Shown here piece after piece: positions 7,911 through 19,272 of a stretch of 64,000 nt of DNA (position 1 is its first letter; each line of letters begins with the position of its first letter). The stretch spans positions 1,056,001 to 1,120,000 of the forward strand of contig CBDCWI010000001.1 in assembly GCA_965223325.1 (NCBI GenBank), given 5' to 3'. The notes under the pieces were generated by a model. The model made no database searches. It worked only from the letters and a program-made list of their open reading frames with translations, and was not told the DNA's origin. The translations under genes were made by a program, and so were the position numbers. Origin of the DNA: Candidatus Multivoradales bacterium (lineage in GTDB: Bacteria; Acidobacteriota; Thermoanaerobaculia; Multivoradales; Multivoraceae).

Positions 7911-10900
7911 TGTGTCCCAGCCTCGTGGGCAACCGGGGCGAGCCCAAAGCCGGCCTCGGGCGGCCGCGGGGTGCCCCGCCACCAGCGCGCACCCTGGGAC
8001 GTCCCGGCAACCAGGACGTGGCCGTCGCGGCTGAACCGCGCCGTGCTTACAGTGGTGTCCTCGGGTGGACGGAGTGTGAGGAGTGCCTCGACCCGTGCCG
8101 TGCTCCATACTTTGAGACTGGGCCCGGCGATCGTCACCAGGCGGGTCCCGTCGTGGTTGAGAGACAAGAGGGGCCCACCGAAGTCGCCACGCAGGACCTC
8201 TCCGGTCTCGAGATCGATCAGGACCCCGCCGACCGATGTCCCTGCGGCCAGAAAACGGCCGTCCTCGGAAATGTCGAGCACCTCGACGGGTCGTTCCAGG
8301 CCGGTCTCGAGGGTCCTGCTCGGTGCGTCGGCGTCGAGCTCGAAGAGCAGTACGCTGCCATCCGCGAGACCCGCGGCATAGAACGCATCGCCCGGACCGA
8401 AGAGGAGCGACGTCGTCGCCGGCCCGGTATTCAAGGTGCCAGCCGGCGTCATGCTCTCGGTGCTCCACAGGCGCAACGCGCCATCGCGAGACGCCGTGGC
8501 GAGCAGTGGCGATGTGCGTGCAAAGCGCAAAGCGGTGATGTCCTGTTCGTGTGCAACCAGCGGTTCCTGCGTGCGGCCAAGGGCGGTAGTCCAGAACAAT
8601 ACTCTTCCACGCCAGGTGGTGTTGTCGGTTGCCACCATGCCGGCTGAGCGATCGGCACCGATGGTCGCCGCCAGCAATCGACCGTCGGCACGCATGGTGA
8701 GATGCCGCACACCGGGTGCCGGAACTTTCCACGACGTCTGTAGCTGACCGTTCTTGGCCTGGTAGACGACCACCCGTTGATCGACCGTAGCAGCGGCAAT
8801 CCACTGTCCCTCCGGGTCCAGGGCCAGCTGCGTCACGCCGGCCAGTCGACCGAGGGAGCGGTCGGCACCGAGCGCACCGGCCTCCCAGACCGTCACTTCG
8901 CGCGCCGACGCCGCAAACAAGCGGCCGTCCAGGTCACTGGCCATCGAGATCAGCGGCACCGAGGACGGCGATGGGCCAGGCAGGCTGGTCAGGTGGAGGC
9001 GCGAGGTGGTCTCTCCGACATGCATGACGCCATCTTCGCCGATCGAGAGGGTCGTCGCGCCGTTCTCTCCAAACGCCACGCCGGCGACCGGTCCGCGGTG
9101 CGAGGTCAGCGAGCCGAGCAGGTCGAAACCACTCGCCCGCCAAAGCTTGACCGTGCCATCAACGGCTCCGGTGAGAATCAGGGTACCGGTGGGGTCGACC
9201 GCCAGAGCGCTGACCCGGGCCTCATGCCCCTGGTGCTCCAGGCGCCGGCCGTCGGACAAACGCCAGATGGCGACCACACCACTCCAACCACCGGCGGCGA
9301 GGAAGCGCCCGTCGGGAAAGAAGTCGAGCGGTCGGCCGGCGCGGCCGGGAGCTTCGAAGAATCCGCGCGCGGCGCGTTCGAACTCGAGGCTCATCTGCTC
9401 TCGACCCTCGGCGTCGAAAACCCGAATCGGCGCCCCGCCGCGATCATCGAACGCCAGATCCGCCGCCACCGGGTAGGTGGCCAACAACCTGCCGTCGGTG
9501 CTCCAAGTCGCGTGTTCGATCGCCCGCTCGCCGGTTCCGAGGGCCACCGCCGAGCCGCTACGGGTGGTCGGCAGAAGCGTGACCCCGCCGCCGCCCCGCA
9601 GGAGCTGGCGGGCGCGGGCCCGGCGCGTGTCGGCGACCGGCACCGGCCACAGCGCGACCGCGGTTCGATGGCCGTCCGGTGAAACCGCCAGCGGGTAGTT
9701 CTCGAACCCCTCACGTGCACCGTCGATCGGTAGGGCCCGTTCGACGGCCAGCGACTCGAGGTCGAGAAGCTCGTAGGTATCGGCTGAAAGCACGCGCAGG
9801 AAGCGTTGGTCAGGCGAAACGCTCAGGTTCTTGATTTGACCGCTTGCCAATCGAGCTCGCCGGGCGCTCGAGTCGTAGACCAGGGCGAGATGACGCCATT
9901 CCCAGCCGCGTCGGTCTTCGGGGCTGCGCTCGAGCTGCTCTCGCGCGTCGGGCCATTCCCTGAAGCGCAGGGCGGTGTCGGCTGACTTGAGGTTGGCGAC
10001 GTAGCTCTGCCACTCGGCCTCGGTGCGCTGCGTCTCGGCTTCGCTGCGCGCGCGCTGTTCGCGCAGCAAAAGACTCGTCGAGGCGACCGCGGAGCCCAAG
10101 AGCGAAGCCGCCACCACAGCACCAGCGATTACCGCGACGCGGTAGCGCCGGGTCATCTTCCACAGCCGATAGGTCATGCTCGGTGGACCCGCGAGGACCG
10201 GCTCGTCTTTGAGATGACGCAGAACATCGGCGCGCAGCTCGGCCGCCGAAGCGAACCGGCGCGCCGGATCCTTCTCGAGCGCCCGCATGGTGATCCAGTC
10301 GAGCTCACCGCGAACCCGCCGCACCAGGTGCGCCGGATCGGTGCCGCGACTCGCCGCAACCTCATGGGCTTCTTCATCTTCGAGGAGCTCGTAGCGCGCA
10401 CTGGGGCGCTGCGGCTCGCGCTCGCGCAGGGTGCGCAGCATGTCGTCCAGCGACCGTTTACGCAGGTCCTCGCCGTCGAACGGCAGGACACCAACCAACA
10501 GTTCGTAGAGCAGGACTCCGAGCGAGTAGATGTCCGTGCGTGTGTCGACGGCACCTGCACCACCGCCGGCCTGCTCGGGGCTCATGTATTCGGGAGTGCC
10601 GATGACCAACCCCATCTGCGTCTGCAGGGTCTGATCCGTCAACCGACGATCCATTGCCTTGGCGACGCCGAAGTCGATGACTTTGACCTGCGGTCGGCCA
10701 CCCTGGTCGGTGACCAGCAGGTTCGAGGGTTTGAGGTCTCGATGGATGATGCCTTTCTGGTGGGCGTGCTGGATCGCATCGCAGGCGTCCATGAAGAGAT
10801 CGAGACGAGCCGTGATTCCCAGACGACGGCGATTGGCGTACTCGCTGATCGGCTGCCCGTCGACGTACTCCATGACGAAGTACGGCCGCCCGTCGTCAGT

Positions 10901-11314
10901 GACACCAGCGTCCAGCACGCGCGCGACACCCGGGTGCGTCAAGACAGCCAGCGCCTGGCGTTCGATCTCGAAGCGGGCAATGACCTCGCGCGTGTCCATG
11001 CCGAGCTTGATGACCTTGAGCGCAACCCGACGACGCACCGGCTCCTTCTGCTCCGCCAGGTAGACCATGCCCATGCCACCTTCGCCGAGCACGCGCAGAA
11101 TCTTGTAGCGCCCGATCGCCTCCGGAAGCTCGACCGGCAGTGCGCCGAAGACGTCGAGGTCGGTACTGTCGGCCTCGTCCAGGCCGACCGCCAGGAAACA
11201 GGCCGGACAGGGGTCACCGCGCTTGATCGCCTCGGCGGTGCGCACCGCTCCGCAGGTCGGACACGGCACACCGTCTCCTTGGCCGTCTGAGACTGTTTTG
11301 GCAGGTTCCATCAA
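7907..11314 (-). CDS. Hanks-type Ser/Thr protein kinase with TM segment and WD40 beta-propeller
   Basis: LGEGGMGMVY, VALKVIK, HRDLKPSN, DFG, GTPEYMSPEQ; N-term CPTC/CPAC zinc ribbon; hydrophobic segment VAVIAGAVVAASLLGSAV; repeated WD40 motifs (GH...TGAVDGTVKLW, ATASRDGALRLW). Confidence 0.95.
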   Translation of the reverse strand: MMEPAKTVSDGQGDGVPCPTCGAVRTAEAIKRGDPCPACFLAVGLDEADSTDLDVFGALPVELPEAIGRYKILRVLGEGGMGMVYLAEQKEPVRRRVALKVIKLGMDTREVIARFEIERQALAVLTHPGVARVLDAGVTDDGRPYFVMEYVDGQPISEYANRRRLGITARLDLFMDACDAIQHAHQKGIIHRDLKPSNLLVTDQGGRPQVKVIDFGVAKAMDRRLTDQTLQTQMGLVIGTPEYMSPEQAGGGAGAVDTRTDIYSLGVLLYELLVGVLPFDGEDLRKRSLDDMLRTLREREPQRPSARYELLEDEEAHEVAASRGTDPAHLVRRVRGELDWITMRALEKDPARRFASAAELRADVLRHLKDEPVLAGPPSMTYRLWKMTRRYRVAVIAGAVVAASLLGSAVASTSLLLREQRARSEAETQRTEAEWQSYVANLKSADTALRFREWPDAREQLERSPEDRRGWEWRHLALVYDSSARRARLASGQIKNLSVSPDQRFLRVLSADTYELLDLESLAVERALPIDGAREGFENYPLAVSPDGHRTAVALWPVPVADTRRARARQLLRGGGGVTLLPTTRSGSAVALGTGERAIEHATWSTDGRLLATYPVAADLAFDDRGGAPIRVFDAEGREQMSLEFERAARGFFEAPGRAGRPLDFFPDGRFLAAGGWSGVVAIWRLSDGRRLEHQGHEARVSALAVDPTGTLILTGAVDGTVKLWRASGFDLLGSLTSHRGPVAGVAFGENGATTLSIGEDGVMHVGETTSRLHLTSLPGPSPSSVPLISMASDLDGRLFAASAREVTVWEAGALGADRSLGRLAGVTQLALDPEGQWIAAATVDQRVVVYQAKNGQLQTSWKVPAPGVRHLTMRADGRLLAATIGADRSAGMVATDNTTWRGRVLFWTTALGRTQEPLVAHEQDITALRFARTSPLLATASRDGALRLWSTESMTPAGTLNTGPATTSLLFGPGDAFYAAGLADGSVLLFELDADAPSRTLETGLERPVEVLDISEDGRFLAAGTSVGGVLIDLETGEVLRGDFGGPLLSLNHDGTRLVTIAGPSLKVWSTARVEALLTLRPPEDTTVSTARFSRDGHVLVAGTSQGARWWRGTPRPPEAGFGLAPVAHEAGTQ

Positions 11315-11350
11315 AGGACCAGGCTGTGGCGCGCGGGCAACCGAGGCTTG

Positions 11351-12061
11351 CTAGCTCGAGAGGATACCGATGAGGTGCTTGAGCTCTCCGTCGACGTCAC
11401 CATCGTCGGCGACGGTTTCGGCGACCTCGGCGCGCAGTTCTTTTCCGAAGCGCTTGCGGAGCCGATGCACCGCGACCCGCAGAGCACCCTCGGTCTGGCC
11501 AGTGGTCAGAGCGAGCTCGGCATAGGGAACCGCATCACCGCCGCTCACCAGGTAGGGGCCCAACTGTTCGAACAGCTGTGAGCGGCCCGACTTCTTGGCC
11601 TCGAGGCGCAACCGGTCGAGCGCCCGGTCGAGAACCAGGAGCGCCCAGCGGCGCTCGTACTCCTTCTCCGGCGAGCGGTCGCTGGTGGGCTCATGGCGGT
11701 AGCGGTTCTCGGCCTGTTCTGCATCGAGCGAGACGGCACGCATGTGGCCGCCGCGCTTTAGTGCCTGGCTCTTTTCGTACTCGTGCGCGAGGTAGTACTT
11801 GAGAGTCGCCAGGAGAAACGTCCTGAAGCGTCCCGCCTCGGGCTCGAACTTCTTGACCAGCTTCTTTTCGAGAAAGCCTGCAAAGAACCCCTGAATCGTG
11901 TCCTCGGCCTTCTCGGGTGCCATTCCGCGTCGACGCACGAAAGCGTAGAGGGGGTACCAGTAGTTCTGGCACAACGTATTGAGCGCGTCGTAGGCTTCGT
12001 CTTCGTTCTCACTGCCGGCGGTGAGAATGAGGCTCCAGCGGGTCGTCGCGAATCGACTCAT
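11351..12061 (-). CDS. ECF RNA polymerase sigma factor (kinase-associated type)
   Basis: MSRFATTRWSL...LCQNYWYPLYAFVRRRG...AEDTIQGFF...GRFRTFLL; region 4 YAELALTTGQTEGALRVAVHRLRKRF. Start placed at ATG 12061. Confidence 0.9.
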   Translation of the reverse strand: MSRFATTRWSLILTAGSENEDEAYDALNTLCQNYWYPLYAFVRRRGMAPEKAEDTIQGFFAGFLEKKLVKKFEPEAGRFRTFLLATLKYYLAHEYEKSQALKRGGHMRAVSLDAEQAENRYRHEPTSDRSPEKEYERRWALLVLDRALDRLRLEAKKSGRSQLFEQLGPYLVSGGDAVPYAELALTTGQTEGALRVAVHRLRKRFGKELRAEVAETVADDGDVDGELKHLIGILSS

Positions 12062-12360
12062 GGGTGGCGTCGTCCGAAGGTTTCTAAGGGGGGCGCTTTC
12101 GACCGAAAACGAAAAGAAGGGCACCGAGTGAGAGGAACCCGCAGGCGCGCGGGGCTACGGGCTATTCTACAATTAACTCGTAATCAAGAGAAATCTAGCC
12201 AATGTGCTCTATCGTCATCGCCCCATGAAGGCCGTGGCCGGGGCCCCCAGACTCCCCCATGCCGCTTGAAACCCGGTGCCTCCAGCCCTCGTAGGTCTCA
12301 CCAGGTACAGCAACGCCCCGCGGCCTCTGACCCCACACCTTCTCTGCGGAGATCCCGAGA

Positions 12361-12636
12361 ATGTTCGAACTGCTGGCTCTCGTCTTCCTGGCCTTTATCG
12401 CCATCAGCATCCTCTCGGTGGTGATCGGGCTCTTGAAAGTCGCCTTCAAAGTCGTCGTACTGCCGATCAAACTGGTCGTAGGCGTCGCCGGCGCAGTGAT
12501 AGGCCTGGTTGTCTTTCTCCCGCTGGCCCTGGTCGCCGTCCCGGTGGTGGCGGTGGGCGTCGTAGTCCTCCTGCCGCTCCTTCTCTTGACGGGCATTGCC
12601 TGCGTCGCCTGGAAGACCCTGGTCTTTATCTTCTAG
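12361..12636 (+). CDS. Small hydrophobic membrane protein
   Basis: 91 aa, almost entirely hydrophobic; GGAGA upstream; divergent from the sigma gene. Confidence 0.7.
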   Translation: MFELLALVFLAFIAISILSVVIGLLKVAFKVVVLPIKLVVGVAGAVIGLVVFLPLALVAVPVVAVGVVVLLPLLLLTGIACVAWKTLVFIF

Positions 12637-12662
12637 CCCGGGTCCCGCCGGGTGCGCTCTCT

Positions 12663-14330
12663 CTAGTGCCAGGCCTCTCTGCCACCACTCTCGAAGGAGT
12701 CACAGAACAGGCAGCTGCATCCGCCTGGCTGGCATACCTCGTCGGCTCCGATATCGAACCCAGCACCCTGCGGACGCCCGTCGCCGTCATAGTCACGGCC
12801 CACGCCGAGCCCACCGACTCCACGGTCGACCGCGCAGGTGTCCAACGCGTGCAGTCGCAAGGTCTCCTCATTCTGGAAGCTCGGCGAACAGACTCTCGAT
12901 TCGACATCCTGGCCGAACGCAGAGCGCCAGTCACCGATGGTGTTCTCATCCGGCCAGTAGACCCTGAGGCCGGGCGCGATGGCGTTCGAGTCTGAACGAA
13001 AATCGCGCGGCCGCTGGTTACCCCAGCCTCCGAGGGTCAAGCTGTAGAGCGCATCGAGGTCCGAGAAGATGTTGTTGCGCACATCGACGCCGCGCAATGT
13101 CTTGGTGAACCCTCCGTTCTCGCACCGATCGAGCCGAAGCCCCCAGCGCCCACCATCGAAGGTGTTGTGGGTGATTTCGATGTCGTTGTGGAACTCATGC
13201 GGGTGACCAGAGGCCAGCCGAATCGCTCCCCCCTGGCGACGTCCGGTGCGATCGGAAAAGACGTTGTTCTGCACTCTGAGGTTGCGGACCTCGATGTTGG
13301 CGCCGGTCTCCCCCGAAGGTCCGCTGCAGTCGCTGACCATCAGGTGAGGCTCCCAGGGGTTGCACACCTTGTTTCCACTCTCCATGAGATTGCTTTCGAC
13401 CAGGTGGTTGGCATTGTCGCGCGTGCCAAACGACTCATTGGTGGCGAACAAAACCGACACGACGCAGTCCGAAAAGCGATTGCGCGCTATGACACCGTCC
13501 TGTGCGTCGTTGGTGAACGCCACGGCAAACTGCACCGCACAGCCGTCGCTGTTGGGCTCGCGGCCGTTGCCATCGCAGCGGAACTCGTTGTCGGTCACCT
13601 CGAGGCGGTCGAGGGCTGGACCCCAGGCTTTGATGCCGACACTGTCGATCTCGATCGAGTTGAACCGCACCTTGATGTCCGGCCCGTCGAAATAGCGCAT
13701 GACGTAACCGCCGATGTCCTCGATGGTGTTGTGCTCGATGAGCATGCGCGGCGCACCCGAAGGACTGACCGCAATGATCTCGCCGCTGTCCTCCCAGTCA
13801 CACCCCACCGCCAGACGGCGGAGGTGGTTGTGATGAATCCACCAGTCGGCACCACCGGCTCCGTAGGGAATCTCGATAAAGCGGGCCGAACCTTTCGAGC
13901 ACCCGACGTCGGGCGCGAAGTCTTCGATGGTCAACCACGAGATCTCAACGTTGTCGGGCTTCGGCGCCCGACTCGAGGAGATCGCGTGCGACAATCGATT
14001 GCGACCGTCGAGGGTGAACACCTCATCGTCGAGACGGCCATCGCCATCGCTGTCCCAGGCGCTGATCTTGTTGCGCTGGGAGGCGCTTGGGCCACCGTTC
14101 TCGATGGTGACTTCCTCGGAGAAAACGCCCCGGCCAAGGCAGTGAACCCAGCGGGCGCCACTCCACAGATCGACGCAGGCCTGCAGCGTCGCCAGCGGCT
14201 GAGCGAGGGTACCCGGGTTCTGGTCGCTCCCGGCAGAAGCGTCGATGTAGACGGCATCCTGCGCTTCGAGATTCGCCGCGGCGAGAAACGCCAGGAGAAG
14301 AATCAGCAGACAACCGGTCGCAGGTCGCAT
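12663..14330 (-). CDS. Secreted right-handed beta-helix (pectin-lyase-like) protein with choice-of-anchor-Q-like C-terminal region
   Basis: Signal peptide; YIDASAGSDQNPGT..P..TLQ start motif; Asn-ladder repeats (IEHNTI, VTDNEF, VRNNIF); AVDRG...DYDGDGRPQGAGFDIGADE; terminal LFCDSFESG...W. Confidence 0.8.
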   Translation of the reverse strand: MRPATGCLLILLLAFLAAANLEAQDAVYIDASAGSDQNPGTLAQPLATLQACVDLWSGARWVHCLGRGVFSEEVTIENGGPSASQRNKISAWDSDGDGRLDDEVFTLDGRNRLSHAISSSRAPKPDNVEISWLTIEDFAPDVGCSKGSARFIEIPYGAGGADWWIHHNHLRRLAVGCDWEDSGEIIAVSPSGAPRMLIEHNTIEDIGGYVMRYFDGPDIKVRFNSIEIDSVGIKAWGPALDRLEVTDNEFRCDGNGREPNSDGCAVQFAVAFTNDAQDGVIARNRFSDCVVSVLFATNESFGTRDNANHLVESNLMESGNKVCNPWEPHLMVSDCSGPSGETGANIEVRNLRVQNNVFSDRTGRRQGGAIRLASGHPHEFHNDIEITHNTFDGGRWGLRLDRCENGGFTKTLRGVDVRNNIFSDLDALYSLTLGGWGNQRPRDFRSDSNAIAPGLRVYWPDENTIGDWRSAFGQDVESRVCSPSFQNEETLRLHALDTCAVDRGVGGLGVGRDYDGDGRPQGAGFDIGADEVCQPGGCSCLFCDSFESGGREAWH

Positions 14331-14430
14331 TGCGACTCCTTGGAACAGAACAGCAGAGAAAGAAGGTCGTTGAGTGCCCTTTCAAGGCCACCGCGGCGGA
14401 ACCCACGGCAGCGAGCCTCAAACCATCGTC

Positions 14431-14441
14431 ACTTTAGCATA
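14431..14441 (-). promoter_or_regulatory. Putative extended -10 promoter element (TATGCTAAAGT)
   Basis: TGnTAAAGT in an AT-rich patch ~100 bp upstream of the beta-helix gene; near-identical element at 57834-57844. Confidence 0.4.
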
Positions 14442-14466
14442 TCGCTATTTAACTGTGCGCTCTGGC

Positions 14467-16458
<1,992 letters not shown>

Positions 16459-16728
16459 CGCGCTGCCATGTGCTTCCATGGCCGCGACTCTACCGGTAGC
16501 TGTGCCCGCGCGTCCTCTTGCCGCATGAAGTGCCACTTCGCAGGCCACTCCTCGCTGCTACTCCTGCTAGTCTGGCGCCGCCCCTCTCGACCCGTTCGCC
16601 ACCACGCTCGACCCGCCTTGACCAGCGGGGGAACGCCGTTCGTCGGCCTCCCGCCCCCGAGGGCTGAGGGGAACAGAACCGCCATCCCCCGTGGCAAACG
16701 AGTACCGACTGCCCTGGAAGCTTCAACC

Positions 16729-18255
16729 ATGCGACCCGACGACCTGAGCCTCGACGAAGTCCTCAGAGAGTGTGCCCGCCGAGGAGGCGATCGCACCGCA
16801 GCAATCAGCGAAGACGATACCGAGATTTCATGGAAGGACCTCGAGAAACGCACCGCGCAAGGAGCCTCGGGACTCGCCGCGGCCGGCATCGAGCACGGCG
16901 ACCGCATAGCCCTCCTCGGGCACAACTCACTCGGTTACTTCGAGCTCTTGCTGGCGATCATGCGCCGCGGCGCGGTCGCCTACCCGATCAACTGGCGGCT
17001 CAAGCCCGAAGAGATCGAGCGTCTGCTGGCGCGCGCTCGACCCAGGGGCATCGCGGTCGATGCGGCTGGCCTGGAACTGCTCACCGAAACCGCTCTCGCT
17101 TCGGTCGGCGGGTTGCGGCTGGCTCTCGAGGAGAACGTCGCCGGCGGTGCCTGGAAGAGCGCTGCAGCGCTCACCGCCAATGACCCCTACAACCCACCAG
17201 GGTGGCGAGACCCGGCGGCCATCATTGCCACCGCGGCCGTCGAAGCGGTTCCGCGAGGAGCGCTGCTGACACACGGCAACCTCCTCGCTTCCAACCTCCA
17301 GGAGATCGCCGCCCTCGGACTGGGCGCCGACGACACCACCCTCGCCGCACTACCGCTTTTTCACATCGCCGGGCTCGGCCACACCCTCTCCGTCTTGCAT
17401 GCGGGGGGTTCGGTGGTGATTGCACCGCGCTTCGACGCTCGGACGGCCGTCGAGGCAATCGATCGACACGCTGTGACTCACATCAGCAGCTTCCCGCCGG
17501 TGCTCTCATCGCTGCTCGATGCAGCGGGTGAAAGAGGCTCGAAGCTCGCCAGTCTCCGCCATGTCACCGGACTCGACGGTCCGCCAACCATCGAACGCCT
17601 CAACGAGCAGACCGATGCCCACTTCTGGATTGGCTTTGGCCAGACCGAGACTTCGGGCTTCGTCACCTTGCAGCGCGCCGACGAACGCCCGGGTGCCGCC
17701 GGCCGGCCGGGCGAGCTTTGCGCTGTACGGGTCGTCGATGAGTTCGACCGCAACGCCCCAGTCGGCGAAGCGGGCGAGATTCTAGTGCGCGGCCCGCTCG
17801 TCTTTGCTGGCTACGCCGACGAGCCGGAAGTCACCGAATACACCTTTCGGGGCGGCTGGCACCACACCGGCGATGTCGGCCGCTTCGACGACGACGGCTA
17901 CCTCTGGTACGTCAAGCGTATGCCCGAAAAGGAGCTCATCAAGCCCGGCGGCGAGAACGTCTACCCCGCCGAAGTCGAAAGCGTCATCGTCGAAATGCCG
18001 GAGGCCAGAGCGGCCTGCGTCTTCGGAGTGCCACACGAACGCTGGGGCGAAGGTATCCTCGCGGTGGTTGAAACGACAGAAGACCACCAGCTCGACGAGC
18101 CTGCCGTCATCGAATATGTTGGCTCGCGCATCGCGCGCTACAAGAAACCGCATTTCGTCCACTTCACCACCGCGCTGCCACGCAACGAGGACGGAAACAT
18201 CGACCGGGACGCTGCACGTGCGACCTGGGGGTCTCTCGACCGGGGAACAGAGTGA
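16729..18255 (+). CDS. AMP-binding acyl-CoA synthetase (long-chain/CaiC-like)
   Basis: PINWRL, LPLFHIAG, GFGQTET, GEILVRGP, GWHHTGDVG, KPGGENVYPAEVE; atypical P-loop (ATAAVEAVPRG). Start at MRPDDL. Confidence 0.9.
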   Translation: MRPDDLSLDEVLRECARRGGDRTAAISEDDTEISWKDLEKRTAQGASGLAAAGIEHGDRIALLGHNSLGYFELLLAIMRRGAVAYPINWRLKPEEIERLLARARPRGIAVDAAGLELLTETALASVGGLRLALEENVAGGAWKSAAALTANDPYNPPGWRDPAAIIATAAVEAVPRGALLTHGNLLASNLQEIAALGLGADDTTLAALPLFHIAGLGHTLSVLHAGGSVVIAPRFDARTAVEAIDRHAVTHISSFPPVLSSLLDAAGERGSKLASLRHVTGLDGPPTIERLNEQTDAHFWIGFGQTETSGFVTLQRADERPGAAGRPGELCAVRVVDEFDRNAPVGEAGEILVRGPLVFAGYADEPEVTEYTFRGGWHHTGDVGRFDDDGYLWYVKRMPEKELIKPGGENVYPAEVESVIVEMPEARAACVFGVPHERWGEGILAVVETTEDHQLDEPAVIEYVGSRIARYKKPHFVHFTTALPRNEDGNIDRDAARATWGSLDRGTE

Positions 18256-19259
18256 GCGACTTTTTCGACACTGAACATCATGGCCGCAAGATCGACATCA
18301 CGGGCATCGAGAACGCCATCCTCGACCTGCTGGTGCAGGTCAAGGACTACCTCATCGATGACCTCGGGCTCGACAAGGGAACCATGCGCCTGGTGGATAC
18401 CGAACAGCAGGGGCAGATTCTCGACACCATCGGCGAGCTCAAGCCCGAAATCACCCCCGGCGGCTCCTGCGCCAACGTGCTGCGCAGCGCGGCCTCACTG
18501 GGCGCGCGCACCTGCTACTCCTCAGCCATTGCCGACGACGTCTTCGGCGAAGCCTTCGAGCGCGGCCTCGAGCGTCACGGTGTCAAGGATCAGCTCGTCC
18601 GGCTGCTCGGCGCCACCGGCACCTCGGTCATTCTCGTCACTCCCGACGGCGAACGCACGATGAACACGCACCTCGGCGTCTGCCGCGACTACAACGCCAA
18701 CTGTGTGCCCTCAGACGACATCCGCGAGAGCCGCATCTTCTTCACCACGGGCTACATCTGGGACACCCCCAACCAGATCGACGCCATCGAGCAGGCGATC
18801 GCGACCGCGCGCGAAGCCAACTGCCGCATTGCCATCGACCTCGCCGACCCCTTCGCCGTCAGCCGCTCGAAAGAGCATCTCGAGCGTCATGCCCGCCGTG
18901 GCCTCGATCTGGTATTCGCCAACGCGGAAGAGGCCCTGATGATGACCGAGTGGGCCGGCGCTGAGGCGTGCCGCGCGCTGGCGGAGACGGTTCGCATCGC
19001 GGTGGTCAAAGACGGCGCTAACGGTGCGTTCATCGGGTCTGGCGGCGAGCTCATCCACATCCCGTCGCGAACGGTCAAGGTCGTCGACACGACTGGCGCC
19101 GGCGATTGCTTCGCCGCCGGCTTCCTCTACGGTTTGGTGCGCGACCAGCCGCTCGACCGCTGCGGCGAGATCGCCAACCTGCTCGGCTCTGACACCATCC
19201 AGCAACTCGGCGTTCGGCTCTCGCCCGACATCGCCGACCAGGTTCACGCCATCCTCTGA
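18252..19259 (+). CDS. PfkB-family (adenosine kinase-like) carbohydrate/nucleoside kinase
   Basis: PGGSCAN, VTPDGERTMNTHLG, FANAEEA, VDTTGAGDCFAAGFLYG; GTGA overlap with the upstream gene. Confidence 0.92.
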   Translation: MSDFFDTEHHGRKIDITGIENAILDLLVQVKDYLIDDLGLDKGTMRLVDTEQQGQILDTIGELKPEITPGGSCANVLRSAASLGARTCYSSAIADDVFGEAFERGLERHGVKDQLVRLLGATGTSVILVTPDGERTMNTHLGVCRDYNANCVPSDDIRESRIFFTTGYIWDTPNQIDAIEQAIATAREANCRIAIDLADPFAVSRSKEHLERHARRGLDLVFANAEEALMMTEWAGAEACRALAETVRIAVVKDGANGAFIGSGGELIHIPSRTVKVVDTTGAGDCFAAGFLYGLVRDQPLDRCGEIANLLGSDTIQQLGVRLSPDIADQVHAIL

Positions 19260-19272
19260 GGTTCTTTTCTCT

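Noticed and set aside
7911-8804. N-terminal 298-aa extension of the TonB receptor ORF
   Set aside because: It overlaps the kinase WD40 region in another frame and is Arg-rich; the signal peptide begins after GTG 7910.
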